64,000 nt of DNA, taken from contig NC_083283.1 in the NCBI RefSeq assembly GCF_963506605.1, positions 36,642,001 through 36,706,000 of the forward strand, given 5' to 3'. Shown here one piece after another: positions 10,721-24,680 of the stretch. Within the stretch, counting starts at the first letter, position 1. Every line of letters starts with the position of its first letter. The DNA comes from Zootoca vivipara (taxonomy: Eukaryota). The notes under the pieces were generated by a model. The model was not told where the DNA came from and searched no databases. It was given only the letters and a program-made list of their open reading frames with translations. The translations under genes and the position numbers were made by a program.

Positions 10721-12422
10721 GAAGATTGGAGGAAATTTAAAGTTTATCTAAGAAATAAATGTAATATTGGAAATGTTTAAGACAAGATTTGGAAGTACAG
10801 GGAGGTTGTAGAGGAGGAGTTGTAGAGGTATTGTAGTATATTAAGATTTAGAGATAAGGTAAAATAAGATTTGTATGCTGTTAAAGAATTAAGATGAGGT
10901 GAAATTTTGTTAGTCATTTGTTAGTCAAGGTAATAAGATAATAATGATTGAAGTCTGATATAGAAATTTGTTAGTTAAGGTAATAATAAGATAAGTGAAG
11001 TATGATATAGAAATTACTAAGGATGATATATACTGAAAAGCAGAAAGGAGGGACTCGAGGAAGTCAACAATGTTAGGATACATGAATGATGAAAATGGTT
11101 GTTTTTGTTTTGCTTGTTTTTTGTATTTTGTATTTTTGTGTTTTGCGAGGTTTTTTTTGTATTTTTGTGTTTTATATGTTTTTTCAGTTTTATAAAATCA
11201 ATAAATATATTTTTTGGGGGGGGGGGAGACATGGGAGGCTTTGTGCCGCCAGAAGGACACTGTTGCATTGTTTCTGGGCTTTCATTTATATTTCCATTAT
11301 AGTTGCTCTTGGATTGTCAGGGATGACACTGGAGAGTATACAGCTGGGGTGGTGGTGGGTGGAATGCGTCCTCTAAATAGAGTGTCTGAGTGGTGGTGGT
11401 CATTGTCAATGTTCACTTGCTCTCACCGGAACTCAGTTCCAGCAGCTCTCAGGTGGGTGCCATTGCCATTCTAAGAGAACAAGGTGAGTTCTGGCACCCC
11501 TTTTTCTAGAAAAATAGCCCTGGTGATAGGATTTGTCGGTGTCAACCAGCTTTCCCCAAGTCTTTATTGGAAATCAAGAAGAACTCAAACCCAAACCTCT
11601 AACTGAGCTTGGCAAATGGAGGATTGGGAGGAAGCAACATTTGGCTTTGCTGGAGACGAGTCACAGCAGCCAGTGGGAAGTGGGAGAATGCTCTCCATTG
11701 CCAAGAAACTTGGCAGGCATGGCAGCAAAAGGGCAGGGTCGCACAATTCACCATCTGTGCTAAATTATTCAAAGGCCAAGGATCAAGGAGCACAAATAGA
11801 GAATATATTTCCTCTATAGAAGTGCAATGACAGATCACTGGAAAATTTCAAAAGAACAGTTTTAGTGCTCAGCTCCCAGCTTGAAATCGCAACTCTGATG
11901 GGGTGCCTGGGGGCCTGATTACACAGTTGACAATCTCAGGAGCACCACGCATGAGGCAGGGGGTTATGTAGGCTACTGTTTATTGGCTCATAAAGAAGGA
12001 GTTCTCAAGGGGGTGGAATAGCAGCTTCTCGTTTCAGAAAAAGAAATCCACGAGGCACATGCCCAACAGGTATTATTAACTATGGAAGTAACAAGATATG
12101 CCACAGTGTAATGGCTCAAATGGTCAGATCATAATGCTAATTATTTAGTCTTTTAGTTGAAGTCCCCACAGGATATTAAACACTGCCAACCACTTACTGT
12201 TGCAACAGCTAATTTCTAGTTCAGTTCCTCTGCCAGAATATCTCATTGCAAATGGCCTTCATGGAGCCAAACTGCAGAATGCCCTAGGCTACATATGAAT
12301 TAATCTACCCTAACCTGAAATTGGCAGCAGTGTCAAATCTGAACAGAGTGGGGGGTGGGTGGGAGAAGGCTAATTTAGGCATCCTTCACTGCAACCTTTT
12401 CACTTTTAAATAGGGTTACCTT

Positions 12423-12535
12423 TGTCTCTCCACAGCTGTGGACGTCTTAGACAATCAAAGGGTGCGCCCACCAATGTCTACTAGTGGCTTGAAGTACGGA
12501 ATCCCTTAAAAGACGTCCACAGCTGTGGAGTGACA
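12423..12535. repeat. 26-bp inverted repeat with 61-bp spacer
   Basis: TGTCTCTCCACAGCTGTGGACGTCTT (12423-12448) versus AAGACGTCCACAGCTGTGGAGTGACA (12510-12535), one mismatch. Confidence 0.9.
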
Positions 12536-12654
12536 GCTGTTTCTTAGACAAAATGTCCTCTGGGTAAGAACTATACAATGTTGGTGTTATGCCCACTGCC
12601 TAGCACACCTCAAGCATCAAGCAGCAGCATGAATAGGAATGGCAGGACTAGAAA

Positions 12655-12970
12655 CGACATAAGAACATAAGAAGAGCCTGCTGGATTAGGCCAGTGGCCC
12701 ATCTAGTTGAGCATCCTGTTCTCACAGCAGCCATGCAGATGCCTGTCAGAAACCCACAAGTAGGATTCAAGCACAAGAGCACCCTCCCACCCTGTGGCTT
12801 CCAGCAACTGGTATTCAGAAGCATTCCTGCCTTCAACTGTGAAGACGGATCATAGCCATAATGGCTAGTAGTCACTAATAGCCTTCTCCTCCATGAATTC
12901 ATTTAATTCTCTTTAAGATCATCAAAGTTGGTGGACCTCACTGCTTCCTGTGGGAGTGAGTTCCACTGTT
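12655..12970 (-). mobile_element. CR1 LINE 3' end
   Basis: CATAAGAACATAAGAAGAGCCTGCTGGATTAGGCC tail on the + strand; minus-strand WNSLPQEAV motif typical of the CR1 ORF2 end. Confidence 0.85.
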
Positions 12971-15900
12971 TATACATCTCAAATGGCATACATTGTGTTA
13001 TGGATGGAGGCAGGTAGTTATGGGAGTTAAAAGGCCTATGCAGAAGCCTCTTGTGTTTAACTTTAAGCCTGCTGATTCCATACCATTCAATACTTAACAT
13101 ATGGAAGCTTGGAGCAGGTGAGGGTCACATGCCTCACCAAGCCCTGATCAAGCATCAGGAGGCAAAGTACTAAAGGGAAGCAGAGCTGAGTGGCTGTGTC
13201 TGCTCAAATGCCCATGCTGATGGACCTTGGGCCTCTGCGGACTGGGCTTTGGGTTTGAATTTTGGACTGCATCCTAACTGCTGGACTTCAGACTTGACTA
13301 CTGACTACTTGGATTGACCCTGGACCATGTTTCCTGACCTTTGGACTTGACATACTGACTTGCTGCCAGGTAGGCCAGGGGTTCGGGACACTTTTTGATT
13401 GAAGCCCAACAGAGGGTCTTCACACCAAACCAACAATTGTTCTCCAATTCCAAAGAACCTTTTACTCGACATTAGATATTGCACTTCACTCATCTTATAA
13501 AAGACTTACCTTTACACACATTACACACGGGACAATTTCCACATATTGTTTAGCAGCACTCCCAGTTTTTTCTTTTTTTTAACTTAAATGTATTCTTGGC
13601 ACTTAATGTTCATGTTGCCTTACAGAATACAAACCTTACTGAAGCATGTCACAATACACCAGTAAACTGACAGTGTAGTGGTGGTAAACAGGTGTACCAC
13701 AGTCACAATATAGCATCGTGTGTAGGATGGCACATGGATAAAGTATGGAGGTTCCGTCTTCCGTAAGACAACAAGGCTGCCAGCAGGTAGAGATTTTCTC
13801 ATTTGTGTTCACTTGTGAGGCACATCTCATCACTGGTAAATGCTTCTTCCCAGTTGTTAAAATGTTTAAAGGATTTGATACATACCTAGAGGGGCTAAAA
13901 TTCATTAAAGGACTCAGGAGTCAATGTATATAAAAAGTAAAACAAAAGATCACTCTGGGTAGAAATGTGTGAATTCAGAGGGTGATTATCTGATTTAACA
14001 TAATGTATAAGCCCATAGATAACAAACTAGACCCACATAAATATCTGCATGCTCATGCACATGCTATGTCACCTTCAGAAGCAATGTTCCCGAACAAGGA
14101 ATAATCCTAGGTACTGACTTTATACTGGATTATTTATTCTACCAGTTCTCTTGTCTGACTATATATAACATTATGCTAGATAATCAGCAATTCTTACTTA
14201 AAGAAAAAGAATATTTGATTATGTGAATCTTTTAGAGACCATTCCTATTCCCTTCATTTGGATAAACGAAGTTGTCCTTTAATGGAACACAGGATTGTGA
14301 GAATAAACTCTTTCCTATTGTTTATACGAGCGGCTGGGTAAATTGATCATGTTGATGAGCATAACATATACCATCTTCCAAAAAGATGCTTCTGCAAAAC
14401 TCACCCTGTCACTAAACTTATTTAGTACCATGCTGACTCTCTGTGACACTGAGGAAATCTGTTAGCAGCCTTCCAGTGAAGCCATTGCCTCTTAAACAGA
14501 GCAAAGCAAAGTTGATTTCTACTGTCTGTCTAGACATGGGTACTAAATGGTTTCTTGAGAGAGCATTGATTAGAAAAATGACTCTATGCCCTTGAGTCAT
14601 TGCCAGATCTAGAGACTCAGTATCGCTGTTGATGGATACACTGATGCAAGTGAAATAAATAAGCTCTTGGAATAAGGTTGCAAGGCAAACAAGTTTTCTC
14701 CAGGGATATCATTTGGTCTAGGATTGCATAGAGAATGCTTTGTAAGGTTAGAGTTTTTATAGGTATCCTTTACATTACAACTTAAAGAAGCAGAAGGTGT
14801 TTATCCAATATCCAGACATCTGAAGAATAAAAATTAATCTGTAATGCAAAGGCAAATCGGTATGGAGAGTCGGAAGGTATTCAGATCACACATATTTTCT
14901 GCTGAGGTTTCTGTTGCTGTCCAAGAAAAGAGCATTGATAAGGAAAGATTTTGGGACTGGTTCTTATATATCCTATTGTAACCGCCCATATAAGGACATA
15001 TAATTTATGCTATTTTAATATTTATTCCTGTTGATATATGGACTTTTGGGAAGTTTTGCACATCTGGGATTATATTGTTTCTGAGATTATGGAGATGAAC
15101 AAAAAGTCTGATGTGGTTTAAGGCAGCTTCCTTTTAAGACTTATTCCCAGTGTTTGAATCCCTTTTTAATTCTTTGATATTTTGTAATTCCTCATTTATT
15201 CCATTTGATACCCAGTTATTTCCTGTGTTCTTCTCATGTTTGCTTATTGAAAACAAGATTCCAAATATCATACTGTAATTATTTAACTCTAGAAAATGGC
15301 ACATTTCAACTACTGAGTAGAGTCATATTCATCCCTTCCCAATAGGGATATCAGAACTGAAAAAATGTATTTTAAAAATTAACTAAAATGATCAAGGGAC
15401 TCCAGGGTTTTCCTTACAGGAAGAAACAACAACACTTTGGGCTTCTTTTAGGCCCAAGCTGCATGGGAAATAGAAGATTGCACACCATCTACCTAATTCC
15501 TGGATCTGAAAGCCACCAACCCAGCTTATTTCTGTCTGCTTTAGTTCATTACCACCTCTAGGCAAGGATAGATGGAATAAATAAGAAAACAAACCACTAT
15601 CTGTTGTCATGTGTAATGGGCCTGATATTGCAATGAAAACCATTCAGAAGCAATTGACTTTCCAGCTAACAGGCCACAATGAATCTACTTCAGAAAATTA
15701 ATCTGGTGTCAAATAATGGCACATTAAATTTAGAGATAGAGATGGAACAATCTTGAAAATTGTTTTATGATATTATTGTTCCGTCTAAACTCATAGACAT
15801 TCCACAGCACATAGGGTTGAACGATTTATTCCGGTTCCACTCACTCTTACATTAATACACCACAGTTGAGCAAGTTTTATAGTTTCCACCCTTACAATTT

Positions 15901-16974
15901 CAAGCTGATACATTAATACTAATACAAAAATCTATCAACATTAACAGACCACTGGAGCAACATGAAGCATCATGAGCTATCATTAGTAATTTAAAACTTG
16001 CAAGAAATAGGACAGCTTGTGGTTATGACTAGATGCTTATACCTTTGCCTGTAAACATGGGTAGTAACTCTGAGGGTATCTAATGTGAGATTTGTTATGC
16101 AACCTACTTGTTTCCTCTGGTGCAGTAGTGCCTGGAGTTCTGTGTACAACAAAAATGGCTAAGGACTGGGTCACAGGATGAAGCGAGGTCTGGGGCATCC
16201 TTGAAAAGAGATGAACAGAGTCTGAAAAGTATGTGTTGTGGCCAAGAGGAAGATTTGATTGGCCAGAAATGTTTGCCCATGGGTGGCTGATCAATCATAT
16301 ATACAGTATATAATTTTCCCACTAGGATATCAACATCCCAGGTGACTAGACATGGTTCCTCTGTAGCCCTAGGACCTGTCCTTTAAAGTTAAATATTAGG
16401 GACCATAATATTTCATATGGAACAGGAGATGTAGGTCTGCTTTTTATCAAATATTTGTTGGACAATCATTCACAAATGACTCTGTATGTACAAATCAGCA
16501 TGGTTCCATAGGGCAATAAGAGCACCAATGTTCACACTTGAAACCAGAATATGCAAAAAAAAAAAAACCTGGCACAAAAAGTATTATTCTTGTTATATCC
16601 TGCCTTTCTGCAACGTATTTGCATTGGCTCATGATTATGAAATTGCATACAATGTAGTGTGCATAAACATAAAGTTATAATAAATATATTTGAACAGATG
16701 TAAAGCAAACTAAAACAGCAGTGTAAAATATATCCAAAATCAAAACAGCAGCAGTTATTTTTAATCCTGGTAAAATACTTGGATCAAAAAAGCTCATTGA
16801 TGTAAAAATGTCTTTGCTGCTTATCTAAAACCATTTGTACTCCAATTCTTCTTCTGCTCTTTTAACTGACTCCAGGTTTTCAGTGAAATAAGGAGCTGAG
16901 TTAGCTGTACAAGGCAAAATGGTGGATAACTCAGGGAAGATGTAGACACAGAAGTGTAGCAGCTGTGATAAAAG

Positions 16975-17390
16975 GCAAACTCTGTGTTAGGGATCATTAT
17001 AAAAGGAACTGAAAATAAAACTGCCGATATTATAGTAGAATAGTAAATTGTGTTTTGGAATGCATAGATGGAAGTATGTTCAATTTTATTTTAGGAAATC
17101 TAGCTGAGGTGGAGGGAAGGGAGGTGTAAGGGGTGGGTGATGGGTGGTGATGGAGGGGAAAAATTGATGTACAGTATGTATATTTCAATATGTATTTGAT
17201 TATACGTTTGAAAATATGTTTTTGTTTTGTTGATTTTATTCTGTATTTATATGTTTTGAAATATATATAAAGAAACTGCCGATATCATAATGCCATTATA
17301 AAAATCTATTGGTGAGGCCACTTTTGGAGTACAGTGCACAGTTCTGGTCACCTCAACCAAAAAAGAAGAAGGATATTTTAGAAGTGGAAA
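16975..17390 (+). mobile_element. CR1 RT fragment interrupted by an L1-like 3' UTR (17037-17272)
   Basis: GGGATCATT...GAAAATAAAACTGCCGATAT...GTGAGGCCACTTTTGGAGTACAGTGCACAGTTCTGGTC is CR1 RT-like; the insert is flanked by a roughly 19-bp TSD AAACTGCCGATAT(T/C)ATA(G/A)T (17018-17036, 17273-17291). Confidence 0.7.
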
Positions 17391-19075
17391 AGCACATTTA
17401 CCTCCTGAAGTAAGCATGCCAGTGTTTTGAATAAACACAGAACATGTGCTGCAGAATTCTTTCATCTTTGATAGATGGAGACTGACGTAATGGCTCGGTA
17501 GTCAAGACAAAATGCATCAATGAAAGAATGCCACGAAATGTCTTCATTCACGCCTTCTAGATTGATCACTTAAGTGGCAGCTCTTCTTTTCAGGCCTTCA
17601 TTCTATTTGTTTGTTAAGATTTAACTCTGAAACATAGTTAGTGTATTCACGTGTATTTCAATATCTATGAGAAAACTTGGGCCTACTGAGAATAGTTGGG
17701 GTTTGAATAGCTCTTTTGAAATGGCTTAATATTTACTGGTACTGTCTCTACCGCCTTGAATATTTCATGTCACAGTCAATCAGCAGTCCAGTAAACAAAG
17801 CCAAGAGAAAACAAATATATGGATAAAGCAATAAATCCACAACTAATAAAATAAATGTCACAGTTGCAAGGGCTTTATGGCAACTCTCACTGATTTAAAT
17901 TTTTAAAACATTTTTAAGACAGTCATTCTAAGATTATGAATATCTAAAGACAAATAAGGTTGCATGTACATGGACATTTAACAGTGAATTTAGAATGCAA
18001 TCTGCACATCAAACTGCCTATTTGTGGGTGTTCACATAATCCCAGTGGTAGTTCCAGAAAACCAGCTAAGACATATCAGTATCAGTACGAATCCTAAATC
18101 CTTAACTAGGTTGCACATCATTACAATGAGAGTGGGCAGGCAGGGCCTTGTCTCATCCCTTTGTAGAACACTTCTGTAGATCTTTCTGATCTTTAGGACA
18201 GGTGATTCAATAGCACAGCAGCCAAACATGAGAGGCTAGTGGAAGCCAATGTGTAGGCATGTGCTCTGGTACCAGGTCACTACTTCTTGGTGTCAGTCAG
18301 GGAGAGAAGGGCCCTCCATGGTCAAGGAGCAGCTGAGGAATGGAAAGGGGCAACCACATTGCACCTCTGCAGAGCCTTTTAACAGATTGTCTGGGACAAG
18401 GATGCCACAACTGATTTGTGCCGGTATAAGAGCAATGTGAGCAAAGATGTACTATATGAGCAACATTCTTCCCTTTCTCTGCCTAACCTGTTTTCACCTT
18501 CCATCATTGCTTCAGTACGTGTGAACAGACTCTCGCTCCTTACACAACTGAGATGGTTGCCATACAGTCGCAGCCCATTTTCTAACACTGGCATGTGTCC
18601 ACTGCCAAAGCTATCCTGGGAAGCCTCTAGGTCCCAACCTTCTTTAATCCAGTGCAAAGTGCGGAACCTGTAGCTTTCCAGATGTTGCTGCTCTACAGCT
18701 CCCATCTTCCCTGATCACTGGTCATGCTGACTGATGACGGTTGCAGTCCACACCTACCCCTGCTCTGTTTGAATAACAATTCAGATGTAATGAAGCAACC
18801 CTCAGTTTGCCCTAATGGAACTTAAGCTAATCTTTCATATATCAGGCCACCCAACTTATTATCATCTACCAGATGCAAATCTTGGCAATTGCTATGAGTA
18901 TTTTTCTGTTAGCCTAAACACTTTAAGAGAAAATGAACAAATAAAAACTCAATTAATTAATTTCAAACTTCATGTCCTATGGATCTTGAGATATATTTTC
19001 CTCACATCTGTACTCATTTATGAAGTGTAGAGGGTATTCCCCCCCCACACACTTTAAAATATGTACTGAACCAGG

Positions 19076-19305
19076 TGGAGGGCCTTCTTGGTAGTGGTGC
19101 CCACCTTGTGGAATGCCCTCCCATCAGATGTTAAGGAGATGAGTAATTATATAACATTTAGGAAACATCTGAAGGCAGCCCAGTATAGGGTTAGGTTTAA
19201 CGTTTTATTGTGTTTTTATATATGCTAGAAGCCGCCCAGAGTGGCTGGGGAAACCCAACCAGATGGACGGGGTATAAATGATAAATTACTGGTATTATTA
19301 TTATT
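19076..19305 (+). mobile_element. L2 LINE 3' end
   Basis: RAFLVVVPTLWNALPSD-like coding end, GCCGCCCAGAGTGG...GGGGTATAAAT terminal stem and (TAT)n tail. Confidence 0.8.
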
Positions 19306-19321
19306 AAATTGTTACAGAAAT

Positions 19322-19416
19322 TGAGGTTACATTCCTGTATACACGTATCTGGGAATAAGTCCCAAAGTACTCAGTGGAGCTTACTTATGAGTTAATATGC
19401 ATTGGCTTGTGCTGTA
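19322..19416. mobile_element. Short palindromic MITE-like repeat, diverged
   Basis: CCTGTATACACGTATCTGGGAATAAGTCCC...GCTTACTTATGAGTTAATATGCATTGG; related copies near 23345-23425 and 50245-50330. Confidence 0.55.
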
Positions 19417-20089
19417 AGATGTCCTAGTGCATGAAGGTGTGAGTCATTTCTTACTCATGGTGGTGAGTCACACTTTCCCACTTACCAATTTGAATAACAT
19501 TGGTAGTCATCACTTGCATTCTACAGACACAAAATGAGTAAGATAAAGTAGATCAGTGGGATACCTGTGGACAGGTACACATTGAAAAGAGACAGCCAGG
19601 AGGGATGCTGAATTTCTTGTTAAATGTCCATTTTTTTCCTTCAGTTTGATCTGAAGAAAACACTTAAACTTCCACCAGAAAACAGGCCAGCAACTGATTT
19701 CAAAAACTGTAAATGTCAAATATGAAACTCTCCAAACAACCCACTCAGTGCAGTTAGTGTCATACCGCCCACTCTGAGCACCGAGACAGTAATTTATGTA
19801 AGTTGTGCAGCACGCAAAAGCAAATGTAACTGATGATGCAGACTAGTTCCAGAGGAAAATGAAAAATGCTGAAACACATAGCCTTTATTGGAGTTATTTT
19901 GCATTCCTCTTCCAAACCTAAAACTGCCATGTAGCCTCCACTAAAGATCGGAGTACATGTGGCTAGTGGGCAGCTGGGCCACAAATGCCTCTGCACTTTT
20001 GCAGCCCCATCCACTGCTTGTGAAGTGGAGAGGTGCTTTTTCCATTTTTGAGGGATAGGCTAGCAAAATGATGACAGTAACCTAATACT

Positions 20090-20350
20090 AGAACCCAGCT
20101 CCATCCATTGAAGCTGAATGTGGAAAAGATCCAGGACAGACAAAGAAGTGCATCTTCACACAGCACATGGATAACCTAGGATGTAGTGATGCCCACCAAC
20201 TTTGATGGTTTTAAAAGCAGTTTAGATAAATTCATTTACTAGCCATGGTAACCAGGTTAAGACCTCTGGCGTCAGAAGCAGTATGCCTTTGAATACCATT
20301 TGCTGAGAATCGCTAATGGGGGAAATACTGTTGTGTTCATCCAGTGCAAG
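20090..20350 (+). mobile_element. CR1 LINE 3' fragment
   Basis: TGAAGCTGAATGTGGAAAAGATCCAGGACAGACAAAAGAAGTGCATCTTCACACAGC; similar to 27790-27900. Confidence 0.7.
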
Positions 20351-22734
20351 AGTGTGGCTTGTGAATGATTGCAAGTTTATCTGCCATTCCATTTTCATTC
20401 CATTTTCAATTTTTCATCTGTCTCTACATGTGCCAGATTCTGCCCACCTTTGGGGGGGGAGGGGCAGGCGTGCATGGCATGTGTGTGACATGTGATGTGG
20501 TGAGGCCTGGTGCAGATGTGGGAAGGCCCGCCAGGGCCCATTGTGGGCCACAGAATATTGAGGGACCCCACACCCCTCCTTGAAAATTTTAGAGGGCTTG
20601 CCCCTCCAGATGGTGCCCTTGTCTCCCTTCTACAATACACACTTGAGAAGCTCTGTTCAGAACTAGAACACAGCACCAGTGATGTGTGAATGCTTCTCCT
20701 AACATTCTGTTTTTCGGAATTGGGGATTAAAATCTGCCTCCAAGAAGAATTGTGATTGAGGCTACAGATGGGGTGGGGGAGGTCAGAAACCCCACCTACT
20801 ACTCATTATCCACTGCCCCCCCCCGCCAGCTTCTGCCTTTTTCAGACTGTCTATCTCCCTCACCTTCCATGACTACCTATGAGGTTTATAAGTTGTTGAA
20901 AGGAGGTCAGAAGTTTGTGACTTCTCATCAGCCCCTGCTTACCATCCTGCACCAAGATGCATGCCAATCCTTGTGAGCAAGTAGCCAAACTAGAAGTTGC
21001 TTCTTCACAGTGTGAACAAAACTGGATTAATGTAGTTATGCATACTGCACTTCTCAGCAATTGAGATAAAGAGCTGTTACCAAAATTTAATCTAAGTAAG
21101 CTTGTGGGGTCCTTCAGAAACAAGATATCTGGGGATGTTTTTTATGGAAGGCAAAATATCTTTGATTAAACGTAAAATGTTCGCTTCTGACCTTCACAGA
21201 CTGCTCAGAAGGCATGAAAGGACGAGGCAAGCTCCAAATGAACAACTTCCTAGAATGAAATCTTAAGAGTGGGCTCAAGGCTCCTTTTGGGAGGGTGCTT
21301 GAGGAATGGAAGGCTTTAAAGCAGTCAGAGGGAAACCTTTAGGGCTCCATGTTTCAGATCCTTATCAGGATTAGCCTTGTTGGCCAAATCTGACATGTGG
21401 AGGGGGTCAGTTCCTCAGGGGATACAGGCACCAACATGAGAGAACCCAACTGTTGTGGAAACTAGATAGTGTGGAACAAGAACTTATCTCAGGTTTACAA
21501 TGCTCTGGCCTGGACTAACATGTCAAAGAGAATCAGTAAAAGTAAAACTACTGTTTGTAATTTCTAGAAGTTTTCTAAGTGTCTAATATTTTCTGTTTTA
21601 TTTGTTACTTGCGAAAAATAATGTAAGGGGGATATTGATATTAGCTGGTGTGTATACCACCAGTACCTTCAAGTATCTAGAGGGTTATTGCATAAAAATT
21701 CTACTGCAGCAGATTTTAATCCAAATACCAATGTGCTTCTTTCCAAGGAATAAAGTGCCTTCATGCAGATATTTCTCAGATAGTTAAAAGTGTTAAAATT
21801 GTATTTCATTCTGAACTGCTCTCAATGTGTCAGTGTTTGACTTGAAGGATGCTTAAGATCTGAGGATGAATAACATTTGATAAGGAACAAATTGTAATTG
21901 CTTACTTCATTATACAATTTTGCACCAGCTTCCAATTTATTAGGTCTAAATGTTGTTGTCAAGAGCCAGAGAGAGTGAAAACACAAAACTGACATGCAAG
22001 TATTGTTATCTCAAAGGGGATGAGACTGGTATGTGTCAGAAGTGGGATTTGTTATTGTTGGAAAAGTAACAATGCAATTTACAATCTGACTTTTAAAAGG
22101 ATGGCGCTGTGCTTCATCAATATGGCATTCAGATCTTATATTGGCATTTTATATTATTTACTATGGATGCTATCTGGCTATTGGCTAGAGTTGCTTCTGA
22201 ATTATTCCAACCTTTGTTGACATTTATGTTTTCTTCAAATTGCAGAAGGGTTATGAAAAATAGGCATTTCTTCACTGTCAAGTAAACACAGTCTGACTAT
22301 TTATACAGAATGATGAGTTGAACAAGTCCCAGGAGGACACAAGTGGAGTTTCATTCCTTTCACAAACCATCTGCTACCCCTACTGCAAAAGGAAGGGTAA
22401 CAAACAGCCTTCATATCATGGCTGCTTCAAAAAGAACTATCATTATGTAATGGGTAAATACTGAAAGAAAGGTCATGTTTCACACAATAATTTGGATCAC
22501 AGTCAGTATGATCTTAGAAAATAAGTATATCATTTCATCAGATGATTCATCAGATCATTTCATCACCACATTCATGAAGTTCTGCCCTGGGATTCCCTTC
22601 ATTCTGTGAGGATTACATGCTCACCAACCTCTAAATAATAGCACACAATTTGGCTTCAGTTGACTTTTTCACACTATTCAAGATTTATCTCAGGCTATGC
22701 TAATAACAATACTGCCATGTTTCTCTTTATAGAA

Positions 22735-22830
22735 ACATAGGAAGCTGCTTTATACTGAGCCAGACAACTGGTCCACCTAGTTCAGTATTGTCTACAATGA
22801 CTGCCTGTGGCTCTCCAGGGTTTCAGATAG
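22735..22830 (-). mobile_element. tRNA-derived SINE (Squam3-like) 3' fragment
   Basis: AACATAGGAAGCTGCTTTATACTGAGCCAGAC...CTAGTTCAGTATTGTCTACA...CTCTCCAGGGTTTCAG. Confidence 0.65.
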
Positions 22831-24056
22831 CTTCCTTACTTTTTAAAATACATTTTCCAAAGCATTTTGTGGTGGCTTTTGTCATATGAACCAGTAGGAT
22901 TGGTAGCAAAACATCGATAAGGAAAATAATCATCCTAATTTCATACCAGACGTGGCCAAAATCCAGCTTCCTTAAAAAATGCTTTTACCAAAGGCCGAGT
23001 GCTGTTGCTCTTGTGTACAGCTTCCAGGCTTCCCACGGGCATCTGGTCAGCCACTGATCCAGCAGGCTCATTTAATGTTCTTATGTTCCGAAGGGGTTTT
23101 CATACTTCTTGTTTCACTGTTTATTTTGACCATGAAGGGCTGACAAATGGAAATAGGATCCCAAATGGAAACATTTGATAAACTCCTTTAATAGTCTCTT
23201 ACAATGCAACCCATCCTTGAGGCAAGGTGCAGTAGGACCCACAGGGGCAGCAGATCCCAATGTCAATCTTTCTCATCACCCCGTTTTTAATGTAGATGCA
23301 TATGGGGTCTGGCTCAAGTGCCGAAATGTCTCAGGGCGGCTCTGGTGCAACCTATGCATGTCTTATTCAGAAGTAGATGTAAGGTCATTGGGACTTACTC
23401 TTAAATAAGTGTGTATAGGACTGAAACCCAAATTATATGCTTCTGCATGACTTTTCTTGTCAGTTCTGATACTCAGGCAATTCCTCACATTTCACCTTCC
23501 CCACTGATAACTTTTGGCAACAATTTGTCTTTTAAAGCTGGAGAAACAGTGGACATGCTATTTCACCTTTGTAAAGACCTACATTTTGTACAATAGATCA
23601 AAGTATTGTGATGGAAAATGCATCACTTTACTTAACCATACAATTCCTTCCCTTCTGCCACTCAGTATGTGTTCAGCGCGAGTAAACTGAATGCACATCA
23701 GGGGTAGGAAATGAGGATCGCAGCAGCATGCTCTGCTAGCAGGATACTCTCTGCACAGACCCTCCTCATGTGCAAACTCATTCAATGTAGGCTATTTATA
23801 TGTGGTTGGTACCCTACAAATGCTGCAGCACTTGCACCGAACCTCAAAACATGTAAGATGGGAGACTAAACAGGAAGGGGCCAATGACTATAGTACAGTA
23901 GATTTTTGTAAGTGCTTTGTATGATACTACAGAAATTTTGACGTTTATTGGAAGACGGTTTCATATTGTAGTCATTTTTGTTATTTTTTCTTGAGAAAAT
24001 ATGTACAGCAGTGAGATTTTGAAAAGTGTTATTCAGGAAGTTTTCATGCTGTATAC

Positions 24057-24191
24057 CAGGCATCCCCAAACTGCGGCCCTCCAGATTTTTGGCCTACAAC
24101 TCCCATGATCCCTAGCTAAGAGGACCAGTGGTCAGGGATGATGGGAATTGTAGTCCAAAACATCTGGAGGGCCGAAGTTTGGGGATGCCTG
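24057..24191. mobile_element. 136-bp family hAT MITE (opposite orientation to the 4345 copy)
   Basis: TIRs CAGGCATCCCCAAACT; perfect TSD CTGTATAC (24049-24056, 24192-24199). Confidence 0.95.
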
Positions 24192-24499
24192 CTGTATACC
24201 AATGAACCATCCAATGCAGCAGTGATCTTATACTTATACCATTCCCCGCCCTGCCCCCCGCCGCCTTCTTTTTGGCATAAAGAGGACCATTGCTAATTTT
24301 GTGAAATTAGTAACTCTCGCTCATATGGTTGCATATAGGGGCTGGCTACTTCACACATTGCATCTTGAGGTGTATATTTATAACTTCTTATGTGCACGTC
24401 TAAAAATATAATGTGAATGTGACAATTATACATTTGCAAACCTGAGTATGATACTCATTCAGGAGCCATGACTGATTGCAGTTCCTTGTTAACTGTACA

Positions 24500-24680
24500 T
24501 ATACCATGCCTTACACCAAGTCTGCCCATTGATCTATCTAGTTTAGGTCTATACAGATTGGCAACAGCCCTCCCAGTTTTCAAACAGTGTTCTTTCTCAG
24601 CTCTGCATGGAGATTCTAGGGACTAAACCTGGGACCTTTTGAATGCAACACTTATGCTCTGCCATTGAGCTGTCACCCAT
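24500..24680 (-). mobile_element. tRNA-derived SINE (Squam3-like), diverged
   Basis: Minus strand reads AGCTCAATGGCAGAGCAT...CAAAAGGTCCCAGGTTTAGTCCC (A-box/B-box-like) followed by the SINE body. Confidence 0.65.

Larger units (their letters stand above)
8507..11230 (+). mobile_element. 5'-truncated L1 LINE (ORF2 C-terminus + 3' UTR), interrupted by a 2.1-kb insertion
   Basis: Removing 8632-10739 rejoins QDLPTVDEWQMKMIEFMELAELTGRLCDQREESVEEDWRKF/KVYLRNKCNIGNV*, a reptile L1-type ORF2 end. AT-rich 3' UTR with AATAAA near 11200; 15-bp TSD ATGGGAGGCTTTGTG (8492-8506, 11231-11245). Confidence 0.85.
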
